64,000 nt of DNA from contig JAVECL010000064.1 in assembly GCA_051942245.1 (NCBI GenBank), positions 1-64,000 on the forward strand, in the 5' to 3' direction. A program made the position numbers and the translations under genes. Positions 11,535-25,100 of the stretch are shown piece by piece (the first letter of the stretch is position 1; every line of letters starts with the position of its first letter). Origin of the DNA: Trypethelium eluteriae. Lineage: Eukaryota. A model generated the notes under the pieces. It had not been told where the DNA came from, did no database searches, and saw nothing but the letters and a program-made list of their open reading frames with translations.

Positions 11535-13399
11535 ATGTTTGGGTCTAAGACATTTTCTCCATTAATTCGGGGTATTGCTCCATGGACTTGCAGAAGATGC
11601 TTGTTACAACAACGGTTCCGTTATTTTCCTAATCGGCAGCAAGGCCTCAGAACTTGGTCAAATACTCTACGATCGGCCTCAAGAAGGAGAAATTTACTAT
11701 TCGCAGCCTCTGGCGGTGTCGCTGCTGCTGGCGCTGGCATTTTGAGCATTGGTGACGATGCGAAGCATTATTACACTGCGGCCGAACGGACAGGACGAGT
11801 CATCACAACGCTTGCTATCTGTATAAATGAGTACGAGGCACTAAGACATGTTCATCTCAGTTGCTGACCATCATGGTGTAGTTATCGCGTTACTCTGGGT
11901 ACGAGAGAGAAGCAAGGGGACGAAAACGATGCACTGCTGAAAGCCTGCCACAAACGATGCGCAAAGCGAACTTTAGAGGCTCTGGAAAAGAACGGCTCTA
12001 TCTTTATAAAGCTTGGACAACACCTCAGCAGCTTGACTTATCTCCTTCCTGACGAATGGACAACTACTTTCATTCCCTTACAGGACCAGTGTCCGGTCTC
12101 CTCCTACGATTCGATTGCGAGTATGATACAAAAGGATACCGGTGAAACCCTAGAAAAATATTTCCTAGATTTTGAACATGATCCGATTGGTGCAGCGTCT
12201 CTTGCTCAGGTGCATAGAGCAAAGATGAGGGATACTGGGCAAATGGTTGCAGTCAAAGTTCAGCACCCATCTCTGGACGAATGGGCACCCTTAGATCTAG
12301 CGCTGACGCGCTTTACATTCCAAACATTGAAGCGATTCTTCCCCGAGTATGATCTGACTTGGCTATCGGATGAAATGGAAGCTTCACTACCACAGGAGCT
12401 CGACTTCTCAAGGGAGGGTGAAAATGCCTTGCGTACGAAAGAATACTTTCGCCATATCAGCGACACTCCTCTTGTCATACCTGATGTTCTTTGGGCAAAA
12501 CGTCGTATTTTGGTTATGGAATACGTAACCGGTCATCGCGCAGACGACCTACAGTACCTTGATTCGAACGGAATCGATCGGGACGAGGTATCCGCCGCAT
12601 TGGCAAGAATATTCAACGAGATGATTTTTGGGACAAATGCGCCGCTACATTGCGACCCCCACGGTGGAAACATCGCGATTCGACGTAACGACGCTCGACG
12701 AGCACCATACAACTTTGACGTCATTCTCTACGATCACGGCCTCTACCGCGACATCCCAACCAAACTACGTCGATCCTATGCAAAGCTGTGGCTTGCAGTC
12801 ATTGATTCCGACGAATCTCGGATGAGAAAATATGCGCATGAGGTAGCTGGCATCACGGATGAGCAATTCCCGCTATTCGCATCAGCTATCACTGGTAGAG
12901 ATTATCGGGTTGTTACGAGTGGCGTTGAGGCGGAACGTTCTGAACAGGAAAAGCAAGCCATCACTGAAGCGTTGGGAGAAGGGATGCTGGAACAACTCGT
13001 GCAGCTTTTGGGTCAAGTGCCCAGGATAATCCTTCTAATTCTTAAGACTAACGACCTGAGTGAGTTCCCACAATTCCATTCGAGTCTCACTCGAGTTTCT
13101 GTCTGACAAATAGATCAGCCCGTAGCCTTGATGAGGGCCTCCAGACCCGTCAGGGACCAGTCCGTTCCTTCCTCATTCTCGCCCGCTACGCCTCCCGCGC
13201 CGTATATGAAGAGCAACTCGAAAGCCTACAGGGTAGCCTTTTTCGGCCTGTAAATCTCTTCGCCTTTCTCGGGGCTTGGGGAACTTACATGCGCGTAAGG
13301 GTCAGGCTAAGGGTATACGAACTGTATCTGACGACAAAGAGGATTTTGGGTTTGGATGCTTCGTTTGGTTTTGAGACCTCTTTTTCGGTTGCATCATAA
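11535..13399 (+). CDS. Mitochondrial ABC1/UbiB atypical kinase (ADCK1/Mcp2-like)
   Basis: Introns 11831-11881 and 13060-13118. Arg-rich presequence; IFIKLGQHLSS, IGAASLAQVH, VAVKVQHP, ELDFSREG, HCDPHGGN and LYDHGLY. Confidence 0.92.
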
Positions 13400-14316
13400 A
13401 CTTGAGTCGTTCTCCGTGCCCACTTCTTATGCATCGCGAAAGGCGCTGGCTTGTGATCTTGTATAGATGGATGTATAGATGTATAATACCATGACGGCTC
13501 TTCCCAAAAGCAAAGGGTCTTACTGTACTCACTGCTCTACTGATGCTATTCACGTAAAAGGGTCGAATTCTGGGTCTGGGTTTCCTTTTATCTTTATTCC
13601 CCCTTCTGTTGAAGCATTTTCCCAATTTCCCTGAATTTACAAGTTTTCCTAGACTGATGTTGTCATAGCAATATCTCACGGAACCTAGAAGCGCATTCCC
13701 GTCTTAACTTGATGTCATATTTGTCGCCAACCCCTTCGCAGTGTTGTACCAGGGAGGCAATCGGAGCGGAAAAAGAAGAAAGCGCAGGATTATGAGGCCT
13801 AGAGCGAGATCAACGCACGGAAATCGCAAAAATTGGTAGCGGCCCACAGCGTTTGCATTAGTTGGTGCAGCTAACAACCTGGGGTGCTGGTCATGAGGCA
13901 CGGAAATACAAGGTGCGCGGCATTAAGTCTTGTCTCATTCATAAGTGAGTCACAGTCAGCATTGATTTCTCATTTGACCAATTTTCTTGAGGTTTTTTTT
14001 TTTTTCCAAGGGATCCATCCCTATCCCGAGTTGTTGTGCTTTTGACGGCCTCTAAAAGCCTTCCCTTGAGACTTCGCGAATTGAATCAATTAAGGTTCCG
14101 GCGTTCCGACATATTTTCATGCTTACAAGAAAGATAGAGAAGAGACATCTACCGACGAGGAAAGGATAGGCAATTTCTGGATAAAGGAACACAAAGCTGT
14201 CTGCCAATTCTCCTCTAGCTCAAAATTCATCTCCGATCTATCCGTAATATCGATCTTAAAGTTCAAGATACATTCCCTTCGTGATTCCTCCAAATCTTTC
14301 CTACTCAATCTTCAAA

Positions 14317-15159
14317 ATGTCTTCTCCTACGATTTACTTTGTCACAGGCGGCAATAGAGGACTTGGCCGTGGCTTGGTGGCCCATTATCTCCTTCAGCCC
14401 TCCACGCTGGTGGTCGCCGGTGTTCGTGATCCCTCAAATCCCACATCGAAATCCCTCTCCTCTCTCCCTACTGCCTCGGGCAGCAAGCTCGTCATCGTCT
14501 CCATCGGAGACACCTCAAAGGCCGAGGGCATCCAGCATGCCATCTCCGAACTCCGCACCCAGCACTCCATCGACCACATCGACATCGTCATCGCCAACGC
14601 CGGCATGTCCAACTTCGACACCTGCGGCCCGCTCCACTCCCTCCCCATCTCCGACCTCGAGGCCCACATCCAGACCAACACCTTTGGCAGCGTCCGCCTC
14701 TACCAGGCTGCCTACCCGCTTCTCCGCGCCACCCACGAGCAGTACGGCCGGCAGCCTAAGTTCGTGGCCATCAGCGCGCTGCTGGGGAGCCTGACATACA
14801 TGGACGAGTTCGCGTTCCCACAGCTGAGCTACTGCGTCAGCAAGACGGCGCTGAACTGGCTGGTCCGCCAGATGGAGCGGGAGACTGAGTGGCTGTGCGC
14901 ATATCCGTTACATCCGGGCTGGGTGGAGACGGATATGGGGCATGGAGGCGCGAAGGTGACGGGGGCGGAGCGCCCGCCGACGACATTAGATGAAAGTATT
15001 GAGGGAATGGTGAAAGTGGTGAGTGATAACACGGAATTCTTCATGCATCAATGGTCAATATGTGATGATAACTAATGGTGAGTATAGATTGCGAATACGA
15101 AGAGAGGCAAGAAGCTATCGCCGTTTCTGGATTGGCAGGGGAACGAGGTTGCGTGGTGA
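14317..15159 (+). CDS. Short-chain dehydrogenase/reductase (Nor-1/AflD-like family)
   Basis: TGGNRGLG Rossmann motif, IANAG, YCVSK catalytic motif, HPGWVETDMG. Intron 15019-15087; ends FLDWQGNEVAW*. Confidence 0.92.
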
Positions 15160-16092
15160 TGGCTCGAATAAGATTCGATTGGAATGGAACTTGCAAAGAC
15201 TCATCTAGCTTTGCTTATTTGTCTTCGAGCCGGTTCAACGCATGGCTTGTGGTCCTCAATTCGCTACTTCGCCTCCTCGTTAGTCGCAACGACCGGCTTC
15301 TCTGGGTACGCTGTCTTTCAATCCTCGACAGTTTCCGCATCTCTGCTGAATTGCTACCAATCGGTAACGAAGGCTAGTGCCCAAAGTCACAAAGCTTCTA
15401 GCTTAGTTATGGCTCGTGAACTGGTTGATGGTGTATTTGAGCGCCTAGTTTGCGAGTCTGTCCAAGGGGCCTGCCTTGAGTTTTCGCCGCATTGAACATC
15501 ATATTTGCAATAGTTCAGGCATGTGTCTCTGTTCAACAAGGTCTGATTTGAATGACAACTCGGACAATGCTTTATGTCTCAAAGTCGAAGCTTCAATTAC
15601 TGGAGACAAAGAAATAGGCGAGCGTTACTTACAACCATTACGAACACCTAGCTTCTGTCACACTGCTATAAGCACAATCATATGATGAAACCATGCACGA
15701 TGACATGGCCCCAATGGAGTGCGTAAGCCTTTATCACAGTTGGTACGCGGTGGGCATAATGAGTCCCATAAATATAGATTCCGGTACCTTACCCAATTCG
15801 AACCATACTTGATCACAGTGACTGCAGGAATGAATCTTACGTTAATTTTGTGTTCCGAAGAACTACCTTGTTTTTTCAAAATATGATGATGAAGAAATCC
15901 GGACACCCAGGTCCAGGGACTACTGCGTTTGGGGGGAGCGGATTGCATCATCGTGCAGAAAATTGTGGCACGCGAGTCGTGGCTCCTCTGTTTCTTCGCT
16001 CATAATGGACGTAAGGGATGCAGAAGGATAATATCGCCTCGCACCTAGACAGCGGGAGGCTGGTCTAACTCTCATTCAATCCTTTGCTGGCT

Positions 16093-17424
16093 ATGCTTCG
16101 AATTCAACCAAGATGTAATTTCCGCGCCTCCTTTTTCCAGCTCCCTTCAGAGCTGCGGACGACGTATCTCCTCCGTTCTCGCCTATTTCACGCTTCTCCC
16201 CACCGGCGGACCGAAAGTCTCGAGGTCTTCACATTCGCTGCATCCCAACTCAACTTTCTTTCGAAGTTCATACCTTATGGCCTTCTCGAAACAGTACACT
16301 ATACAACCGGCTTGTCGTGGGGCTTTGCGATCCCGGCCGTTGCCATCCTCCTCCGAACTTTCGTCGTCTATCCTTTGGTCACATTACCGATTCGAAGGGC
16401 AGAGCAGAAGAGGATAGATCTTCGGCCACTTGAGCAGGCATATGGAGAAGCAATCAGGCGAAAATACGTAGTCGAAAACGCTCAACGCGAGGAAAACCAG
16501 CAGCGGCAACTGAAGCGAGGTGTGGATGAGGAGAATGTGAAAGACAGGCCTTGGGAGCACAAAGAATTAGAAAAGGCCGCTAAAGGTTCGGCAGATAATT
16601 ACTCGGAGCGATTACGGGAAAAATTCAGCTGCGAGGAGTGGCGAACAAATCTCTGGGTTTGGCAAGCCGGTCTGTTCTGGATGATGGGAGAGGCTATAAG
16701 CTCCATGGCTGGCTACAAATCCTCGCTACTGAGGACCTGCTACGAACCCTGGACTCGCCTCAAAGAGATCAGAATTGGCAAGGCTCCCATGAAGAGCACT
16801 GCAGCTATCCCAGCACTAGCTGACGCAGGTACTCCTACCACGGAGTCGCCGACCATGTCAACCTTTTCCCGAACCGGACCACCGGACTATAGTGCGGAAG
16901 ACGCCCTGGAGGAGGCAAATGAGCATCCAGTCATGCAGACGTTTCAAAGAACACCGGCAAATAACGCAACAACGGTTCCTGCAGCCCAGGAGTCCCACGA
17001 CCTGGACCCGGAATATGCGACAGGCTCTCTCTTCACGCCTTCCCTGGCAGACGAGGGGTTGCTCTGGTTCCCCGATCTCGCGTCCCCCGATCCGCTCGCC
17101 TTCCTCCCGCCCATCGTTGCCGGTCTGACCGCTGCACGTGTTTGGTATCTGCTGCGCTACGAACGATCGGGAAGAAGCGAAGCCCTAGGAGACCATCGAC
17201 GCGACAAGTCGCTGATAGAAAAGGAGAGAAAACACCGTATCATCGGACCGTTCTGGGTATGGTGGTTTCTGGCAATTACTGCGCAGTCGCTGCCGGCTGG
17301 GTTTCTGCTGTACTGGGGAAGCAGCACGGGGTGGGCGCTTCTTCAGGGGATCTACATCGGATGGAAGCATCCATGGAGGAAGGCACCGAAAGCATGCACG
17401 AGAGTCATTAAGTACCAGGTATAA
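16093..17424 (+). CDS. COX18: Oxa1/YidC-family mitochondrial insertase, Cox18-like
   Basis: Presequence ending RLFHAS; VHYTTGLSWGFAIPAVAILLR, GLLWFPDLASPDPLAFLP and LPAGFLLYWGSS. Lacks the long basic Oxa1 tail. Confidence 0.8.
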   Translation: MLRIQPRCNFRASFFQLPSELRTTYLLRSRLFHASPHRRTESLEVFTFAASQLNFLSKFIPYGLLETVHYTTGLSWGFAIPAVAILLRTFVVYPLVTLPIRRAEQKRIDLRPLEQAYGEAIRRKYVVENAQREENQQRQLKRGVDEENVKDRPWEHKELEKAAKGSADNYSERLREKFSCEEWRTNLWVWQAGLFWMMGEAISSMAGYKSSLLRTCYEPWTRLKEIRIGKAPMKSTAAIPALADAGTPTTESPTMSTFSRTGPPDYSAEDALEEANEHPVMQTFQRTPANNATTVPAAQESHDLDPEYATGSLFTPSLADEGLLWFPDLASPDPLAFLPPIVAGLTAARVWYLLRYERSGRSEALGDHRRDKSLIEKERKHRIIGPFWVWWFLAITAQSLPAGFLLYWGSSTGWALLQGIYIGWKHPWRKAPKACTRVIKYQV

Positions 17425-18341
17425 TCCTACCCATTCGATTCGGTTACACTGTATTCGTACATATCCTACGGGAGTCTACCCAAAACAAAACATGATGCGT
17501 GGAGCCAATCAGTGAAGACATCATTCTCCATATGCAGAATGAAACAAAGCCTATCATATCGATGTCCGGCAAAGCGAATTAGAGGCCGAATATCGTCGCG
17601 AAGATGCTGAAAGACCCATAAGTACCGTGACCGCAATTTTCACATGCAAACAGGAGTTGTGACCGAGTCAATTAAGTAATATTGCATCTTGAAGCTCAGA
17701 ATGACATAATTAATCGCCATAGCTCAAGAGTATGGTCTTTTCGGCAGCGTAGCAACAATAGCTTTGCAAAGAGAAATCGGGGGAACGAAAATTCTAGTAG
17801 AGGAAGGAAAATTCTAATCGGGGATATTTGGAAGACAGTAGGGAAAAAAACACAGTGATGAACCCCAGCGTATGTAGTTCTTCATGCAGTACCACGCAAA
17901 TGCATTCCTAATGTAGAAACTCACTGCAATGCGCTGGAGAAGCTGGAGTCGGCATTACTCTGGGAGTACATATTTTGATGGGACCTCGCACGTCAAACAC
18001 TTCTGCCATTGAGATCGCTGCGTATGTTGTAGGGGAAGTGACTGGCTTTCGTGCGGATCAAACCCGGTAAGAGGACCCTCAAAGCTCGTTGTACAAAGTG
18101 TTGAAATGTGACCGAACCAGTCCGATAATTGCAATCATGAAAACTGGTGATGTTCATCTCTGTGGTTTGTATCAAAGAAAGCCGGGACTTTGTCGGCCCG
18201 ATCTTAGGTTCGATCGGTCTCATTGCCCGTGGCCCCGTGGTTTAACTAGTGTCCTTTTCACTTACCAAGCTCCGGTGTCGCAACAGCTTCATTCTCACCT
18301 CAGTTCAGCTCTCCACATTGAGAACTAAGCCCAATAATGCC

Positions 18342-19125
18342 ATGTCGCTGCCGAACGTGTGGCACCACAGACGTGTGGCGGATTCAGGAGCAAAAGCCTG
18401 CTATGTCTGCTACAAGCCATCTACAACCGTTCTCATAACCCCGGACAATAAGGTAATGAAGCATTTTCCAATTTGGGTAAGGATCGTTCCATCTTATACT
18501 GGCTTAGGATCATTTCTATGTCTGTGTGGGTCATCTCAAGGATCGAGGATTCTGCTTGCCGATCGTAGACGAAGCAGAAGCAGCCGCTCAAAAGAAACAT
18601 CAGGAGTTAGAAGAGGAGATTGAGAAGGTTAAAAAGGAGTACGAGGAAAAGCAGAAACGCAAAGCCGAGAAACGAAAAGAAAAGAAGAAGGAGGGGAAGG
18701 GGAAAGATTCTAAGGAAAAGAAAGAGGAGGGGAAAAGTGAAGATGCGGAAGATGCTGAAGACGAGAAAGAGAAAGAAGACAAGGTGGACAGCCACGAGAT
18801 CTGTGAGGACCTGCGAGTTTTTTGACTGACAGAATTATCGTTAGATTAAAGAGCTATCAAAGAGTGAGCCAAAAGTCGAAGACGCTCCCCGAATCTTTGC
18901 CCTGCAAAAGTACGTGGACTTTTTCTTGGTCCAAAACAGCAGCAAACTGGTTCATTTTTGAATTTCAGCCAATTCGAGCACGTCCTTTATGGTGCTAATA
19001 TTGAATCCAGAAACTTCCACCAAATGCGACTGGACCGAATACGGAACGCAGAGCTGGCAAGGCGCAACCGTGAGAGGCTGAACAATCCCTCTTTATTTCC
19101 CACTGTACCTTCAGGAGATCCGTGA
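18342..19125 (+). CDS. VFA1: Vps4-associated protein 1
   Basis: Introns 18453-18507, 18784-18844 and 18909-19010. Contains NVWHHRRVA, KACYVCYKPSTTVLIT, DHFYVCVGHLKDRGF, a K/E-rich middle, RIFALQKNFHQMR and LFPTVP. Confidence 0.88.
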
Positions 19126-22100
19126 CATCTCGAGGACTTTCCCCGATCACAAAAACACCAAAACTTGGCAAGAAATTATGGTACCTAGGAAAGATTGCCT
19201 ACACAGCAGCCTGTAGGCGCTCGGTCCTCAGCTGATCGATGCTTTGAACCCACCCCAACAAATTAATGGACTCCATCAGCTTCACCATCACTTCATTCAA
19301 CGAAGGGCCCAAGGGAGCAATTTGGTACAATATTTCAAGGTAAGTTAATTATGGGACATTGATCATCGCCATTCCACAACCATTCCGTCAGGCGTTCGCG
19401 GCGTCCCTAAACACGGCTCGCTAGGCCCCGAGACCCTTGTTCGATGTGCTGACTGCATGCAGGCATCAAGCTCATTAGGGTGTAAGAGCGGGGGGCCATT
19501 CAGCCAAGCCGAAATTCTTTAGGCCACTGAAGGCCCACTGAGGCATCTACGATGCATATTTCTTGATTGCCCCAAATCAGCGCTGATGTGATGTCTCGGA
19601 AGTTACAAGTCCCACTTTCCGCATCCCCCTCTCAGCTTGGCCTCTCTGCCCATGAAATACTTTCAGCCCTACGAGTTGTGGCAAGCTCGGGATCGTGCCG
19701 TTGCTTGCACCCCACCTTACTTGCGTGCCGGCCCGGTGAGGGATCGCCGGTTGGCAGTCTCTTAATTCAAGCCATCCCGGCAATTTTTTCCGCGATCAGC
19801 ACCAGGACAGGTCTAATTAACTTTAGCTTGCAGAAAACCTCAGCACCTACTGCTGTGGGAAGCATGACCGCAGTCGAGTCATACAAGTGCAGTAAGAGCG
19901 AATCCTGACAGATGCGGCCCGCCATACCGCAAAAGTTCGTACATCAGCTATCCTCGGGTTTCAATCACAGGAGCGCACAGATCTGTGGTCTAACTACGGC
20001 ATCTTGCATCCCAATCACTTTGGGTGACTCCGAATACAGGCAATGCTATGATCCGGCTCCTTTCAGGACGCATATTCCCTTCGTTGTCCCGGGCCAAGGT
20101 TCTCCGTACACTCCTCTAATGCCGCATGATGCAGATCCTGTGCGGCAACGAGATACTGTGATCCATCCACTACATCGTCAGACGACGTTCACCCGAAGAT
20201 GTATTCTCGGGTGCTCTAATTTCGTGACAGCCCCCCACACCACGAATCCTTTATGTAGGACCCATCCCGAGAGTTTGGTTTCGAGTGCGAAATTTGATAT
20301 ACTGAGACATAGTCCATGGGCCTAAATGCACTTACGAAACAAGTAAGTAGTGAAACGCTTGGAATGAGCCTTGGCACATTACAAGCAGACCATTGAACAC
20401 TCCACCGAACCAACGCCCAGGGAAACAACTACCCGGCTACTTACTGAGACTGAAGAGACCTGGTTGATGCCTCCGAAGCCTAGGTGAACGAGAGAGTGTG
20501 GAAATAGCAGCTCATCATCTCCTCTGGAATTCTTCGAGCCACTCTACCCGTCGGCGAAAGGATATCTTATAATATACGTCTGCTCGCCATCTCTAAGCCT
20601 ACCGTATCAGGGTTTGAGTTGCACTACCAGACCTTTGATCACCTAATTGACTGGTGGCAAGAAGCGAACTCGCCTAGGCGGATCCCATTCATTAGTAGAA
20701 ATGGCTGTTAACGGCGCAGATACTTAGGCCACCTGTCAGCAATACGGGGAGCGCCTAACTGCTCAGAACCTGGACTAGGACACCGGAAGCCTCACCGTGC
20801 TGACTCCTGATCCATTTCTGCCCACGGGAAATCATGATTTCGATGACACTTCCCCTGTACACACTAACTAAGCATGTGAGCCTCGGGGACTCCCGCACAG
20901 CCCAAACAGACAGGCATTCGAGGCGCTCCACTCCTCAATGAAACAACTTCCATTTTTGGTTGATGGATCAAGCTGATCCTATACACAAGACGTCAATGAT
21001 GTTGACGGTATTCCAGCATCGTGGTTCAGCCGTTACTATTCGATCCTGAGTATGAGAAACACTGCATTTCGGAGCTCGTCCCACCCCACATGCATCGCCT
21101 CAGTATCAGGCATCTCGATCATCAGATCCAACACCAATGTAAACGTCTTATACATCACATTTCCTATTTGGTTCCGATATCGTCCTAAATGAAAGCCAGG
21201 AAATGCATGTTGTCGAAGTGATGCATACGTTTTCTTTCCGCTGCACCTTTGATTATCTGCATGTCTCTCCAGTGTGGGGAGAACTTCCTCACAAGGACTA
21301 CTCTAGAACCCATTCGTAGGGGACGGGGACAACTCCGTTAGCCTACCCACGCTTGCGGGTGCGAGACGACCCTCCATGCATTGCAGGAGTCAGCACCATA
21401 GAGTGCCTTACACGAATGGACCCCACGCAACTATGTATGTGATAACAGATGATTGCCTGTCCCGCATAGTCTCTTATGGTCCAAGGCGTATCGGGCATGC
21501 CGGCATTGTTCGCTCCTCTCCCCGGGCCGTTGAAGCCGAGTGAACTGCTAATGGTCATTCGGCAGGTCTTGATGTGATGCAGCGCAGCTTCATGGTGGTT
21601 CCAGGTGTTCCCCTGTTGCGCGTAGACCGCGTTCTTCTCCGGACCTGCCAGGCGTTATTGGCTTATGCACTGGTCTATGCACTGGTTAGGCGGCATCTGC
21701 ATGAAGTTGATAGGGCCACGTTACATGCAGGTCTTGATATCGCAAGCCTCGAAATTATAGGTCTAGCTGATCCGAAGCGTCGGTTGCGCTCTTTCTTATT
21801 GGCAACGGATTCGCGTTCTTCAGTATTCTGCTGCCTGCGGGGAGGGAGCTTATACGATTGACGCGCCGGCTTCACGATACGTCAAGTAATCTAGAATGAA
21901 GCGGCACTGCAGGGTCTGTGGATATGTTCGCCGGGCCTGCAATTTTAGATTATTAGGAAACGTGTTCTGTAGTGATGTTTGTTGCTAGGACGTTCACAAT
22001 GTCATTTCTGGCGGTAGATGCCTGGTCCATACTACTATCAGGCCAGGCTTCCTCGCCCATCAGTAATAAGTCCAACAATCTTTGACCCTACTCTTTCTTC

Positions 22101-25100
22101 AGACTCTACCCCACGTAAAGGTTGTTGACGCCCTCTGAACAGGCCACAATTTTCCACAACCAATACTTCATGCATCGATATCTGCGACTTTCTTTGATTG
22201 GAATAACCAAGCCTCGTTAGGAAATTCGCTCTAGGATTGGTGACGATGCCGATCCCTCGAGAACCCCGTTGCTTGGGATATCATCCTTATCGGCGACCAA
22301 GTTGCTGTTACTCTATCAATACGCTCAGAAGCATATCACGCAATTCCACGCAGTAGGATGCTGTGATGTCGCTTCGGAGCAAAGCCGGGGTGGCGACAAC
22401 ACGCCAATAGAAGGAGCGGGAAAGCCAGATCTTTCCCTTAATTACCTAGTTCCTCCATTCTCCGAGTATTTTGCGAGCCAATGGCAAATGTAGTGCGAAA
22501 ATTTATGGTTGGGAAGGTTCAGTGGCACGAGGAACACAAAGCACATGCGAATTGAGAAGAGCAAGATCTACATAAGTGGAGGTTGAGCAAGATAATTTCA
22601 AGTCTTTTCTGCGTAACGTTCTTGTACGACGGTGGACCTCTTGTAAACGGTGACGAAGCAGAGTACGCTAAATAGACTTTATGCTATGCTAATACTCCTG
22701 GCCACCTGGCAATGACGTGTCCGTTGCCCTCCAGATCCTCCCAGAGTGACGGATCCGTCCAACAAAAGCTCATTCTGTAAATCTTGCCAGTCGAATTTGA
22801 ATTTTACTGATGATAGACTTGTACTCACTGCCTAATATGCTATGGTTACGCGAAAATCTGACCTGGTAGATTCCCCTTACTTAGGATTGTGATCCCTGTT
22901 CTGAACGTTAATTATTTCCCAGTGCCAGTCCATTCCCTAGTCATCTCCCCATCCTGTCGACAGACAACTAATTAGCAGTGTTATCTCAACCCCATTATGA
23001 CGGTCCTCATCAACGACATGATTTTCTCAATCTATCACGAAATCGACAAATTTTAGCGAACCCAGCAAGGGGGACCCGTTTCAATTACAGTTGGACATGA
23101 CTTGGTTGAATTACTTTGCCACATGCTTCTCCCGCCCTGAACATCGCAGACCCCCCTTCCTAGCGATCTGTTGGTACCAATCACAACACCAGCGACGTGT
23201 ATAGTATAGCCGTTATAGAGTTTTCCGGCCATTTACCTCTGCCCTACGGCCCTACCATACGCGGCAACGCTACGCCCTACGGCAGGATGCACCTAGCTTA
23301 ATGCTTGGGTACTGCCACTGTCTGCCTGGAGGAGGCGATGGAAAGAGCCCCAGAGGCTCTCAGCGCTAATGATCCTTAGAAGAACAGAATTGACGACAGT
23401 GGTGACAGAGTTTGGGACCGAAACGAGAACATGACTCTTCACCTGAATAATCCGGAAGCCGATTGTCGGCAAGCAGGACCGACGTGAAACACACGAAGCC
23501 ATGATTCCGTAGAAGCTAAAGAAAGCCACTCCGGTCTCCACATCCACGTGTGTGTACTATAGGCTTTATTCAGAGGTGTTAGTGGCGTTGTGACGCCGGA
23601 ACTATGGAAGGGTGGTTATGGAATAATCGGTAGACTTCAGGCACACGCCAGGGTATCGATGTCCTCAGAGGCTACCCCGAGCTCGGGGGCTTTCGTGTGG
23701 TGTACTGTAGCAGTATCGCTCACGATTTTCATGGTAGCATAACCCTGGGTCGATATTTTAAAGGTACAATGGGAATAAGAGATCAATCTTGTAGACAATT
23801 AAGTGAGCTATGCACGAACGAGACACCCTTGCACAAAGACCGGGGGAATGAGGGGAGGGCGGTGGCTCGCTTATTAGCTTCTCGACTAGTCTCTAGCGAA
23901 CCAGGGAACTCGGTGGTGCAGCGGTGCAGTTGTGAACGTTACTCGGGGCAGTATTTTAGCGCTCATCGGATATGATGGCTTCATTCGTCGTCTTCACGTA
24001 CAATGAGAATAGGGGATGGTACCAATTTAGAGAGCAGTTGTGCTTAGGCTGATATCGATGAATTGTGTGCCTAGAGTACGTGTCACCATTTCAGCAGCGC
24101 AGCTCCCAGTTCCTGCTTGGCTGGATATCGTCAGTACGCTGGATATTGATCCTATCTGTGTAGATCGCTGGTCCTTTTTGTTTATCGTACTCTGAATCAA
24201 TTGCTACTGGGAAGATACTCGTTCAGATTAGAGGCATATGAGTACGAAGAAATTAGGGGTGGTGAAATAGTGAAATGGGGCTGCCCCTACTAGTGGTTGT
24301 TGAGTCGTCGAATCAAGGAAAGCCCGAGTTCTAGGGACGCGCCATCAGACGGTAGTAAAGTCCGATAAGGAGTGGTTGGTAGTTCATGAGAAATAGGTGG
24401 GTTTTGAGTGCTCTATGGAGCCGTCGCCTCATGATTGCGCCTAGCCTGCGACTAGCTACAACAAGACGTGTGATTGTCGTATCGAATGGATATATTGGGC
24501 ATAGAGTGCGAAAGCGGGAAGCGGGGAAGGTATCCTGGATCACTCGTGGCCCTACCAGACTAGACCGATCCTGAGTCTCTTGTAAAGTACGTACACGAGC
24601 TACTGCGCATCCAGCCAGTCGATATTGACGAGCGTTTCCATGAGCTCGGTTCCGCCCTGTAGGGCATTGCAAATGAGTGCCGTGAGGCTATGCAGCAGGG
24701 TGGTGGAAGTGGTCCGAAATGAAATGCATGTTGCCGACTGTTTTGAATCATTTACATCCCGAGAAACGGTGATCGGATAGCTTCGGCGCTTCGGCAACTG
24801 AGCTCTCTTTACTAGTCCACTCATTCGACGATGCTGAACTGATGCGTTTAGTCTGCTCTAGCCCTTCGGCGTAGGTGCAACGATAGGGGGCGTTCAAATA
24901 CCCCCACGGGCAGCACTTCGCGTATCTGGTGTAACGTCGAAGATACACGAACATTTAAGTGATGACTGGGGTGCTGGGACAGGATAGGTGACAACGGCAA
25001 GAACCAATTCTACCCTGCAGGCACACAGGCAATAACAGTTTTCTTATCCTGGCTCAACCCTGTCACACCCTATCCACCTCTGCAGATCGTGCAGAATGCC

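Noticed and set aside
14317..15159. Aflatoxin-type secondary metabolite cluster
   Set aside because: The SDR is Nor-1-like, but no PKS, NRPS or other cluster genes are nearby.
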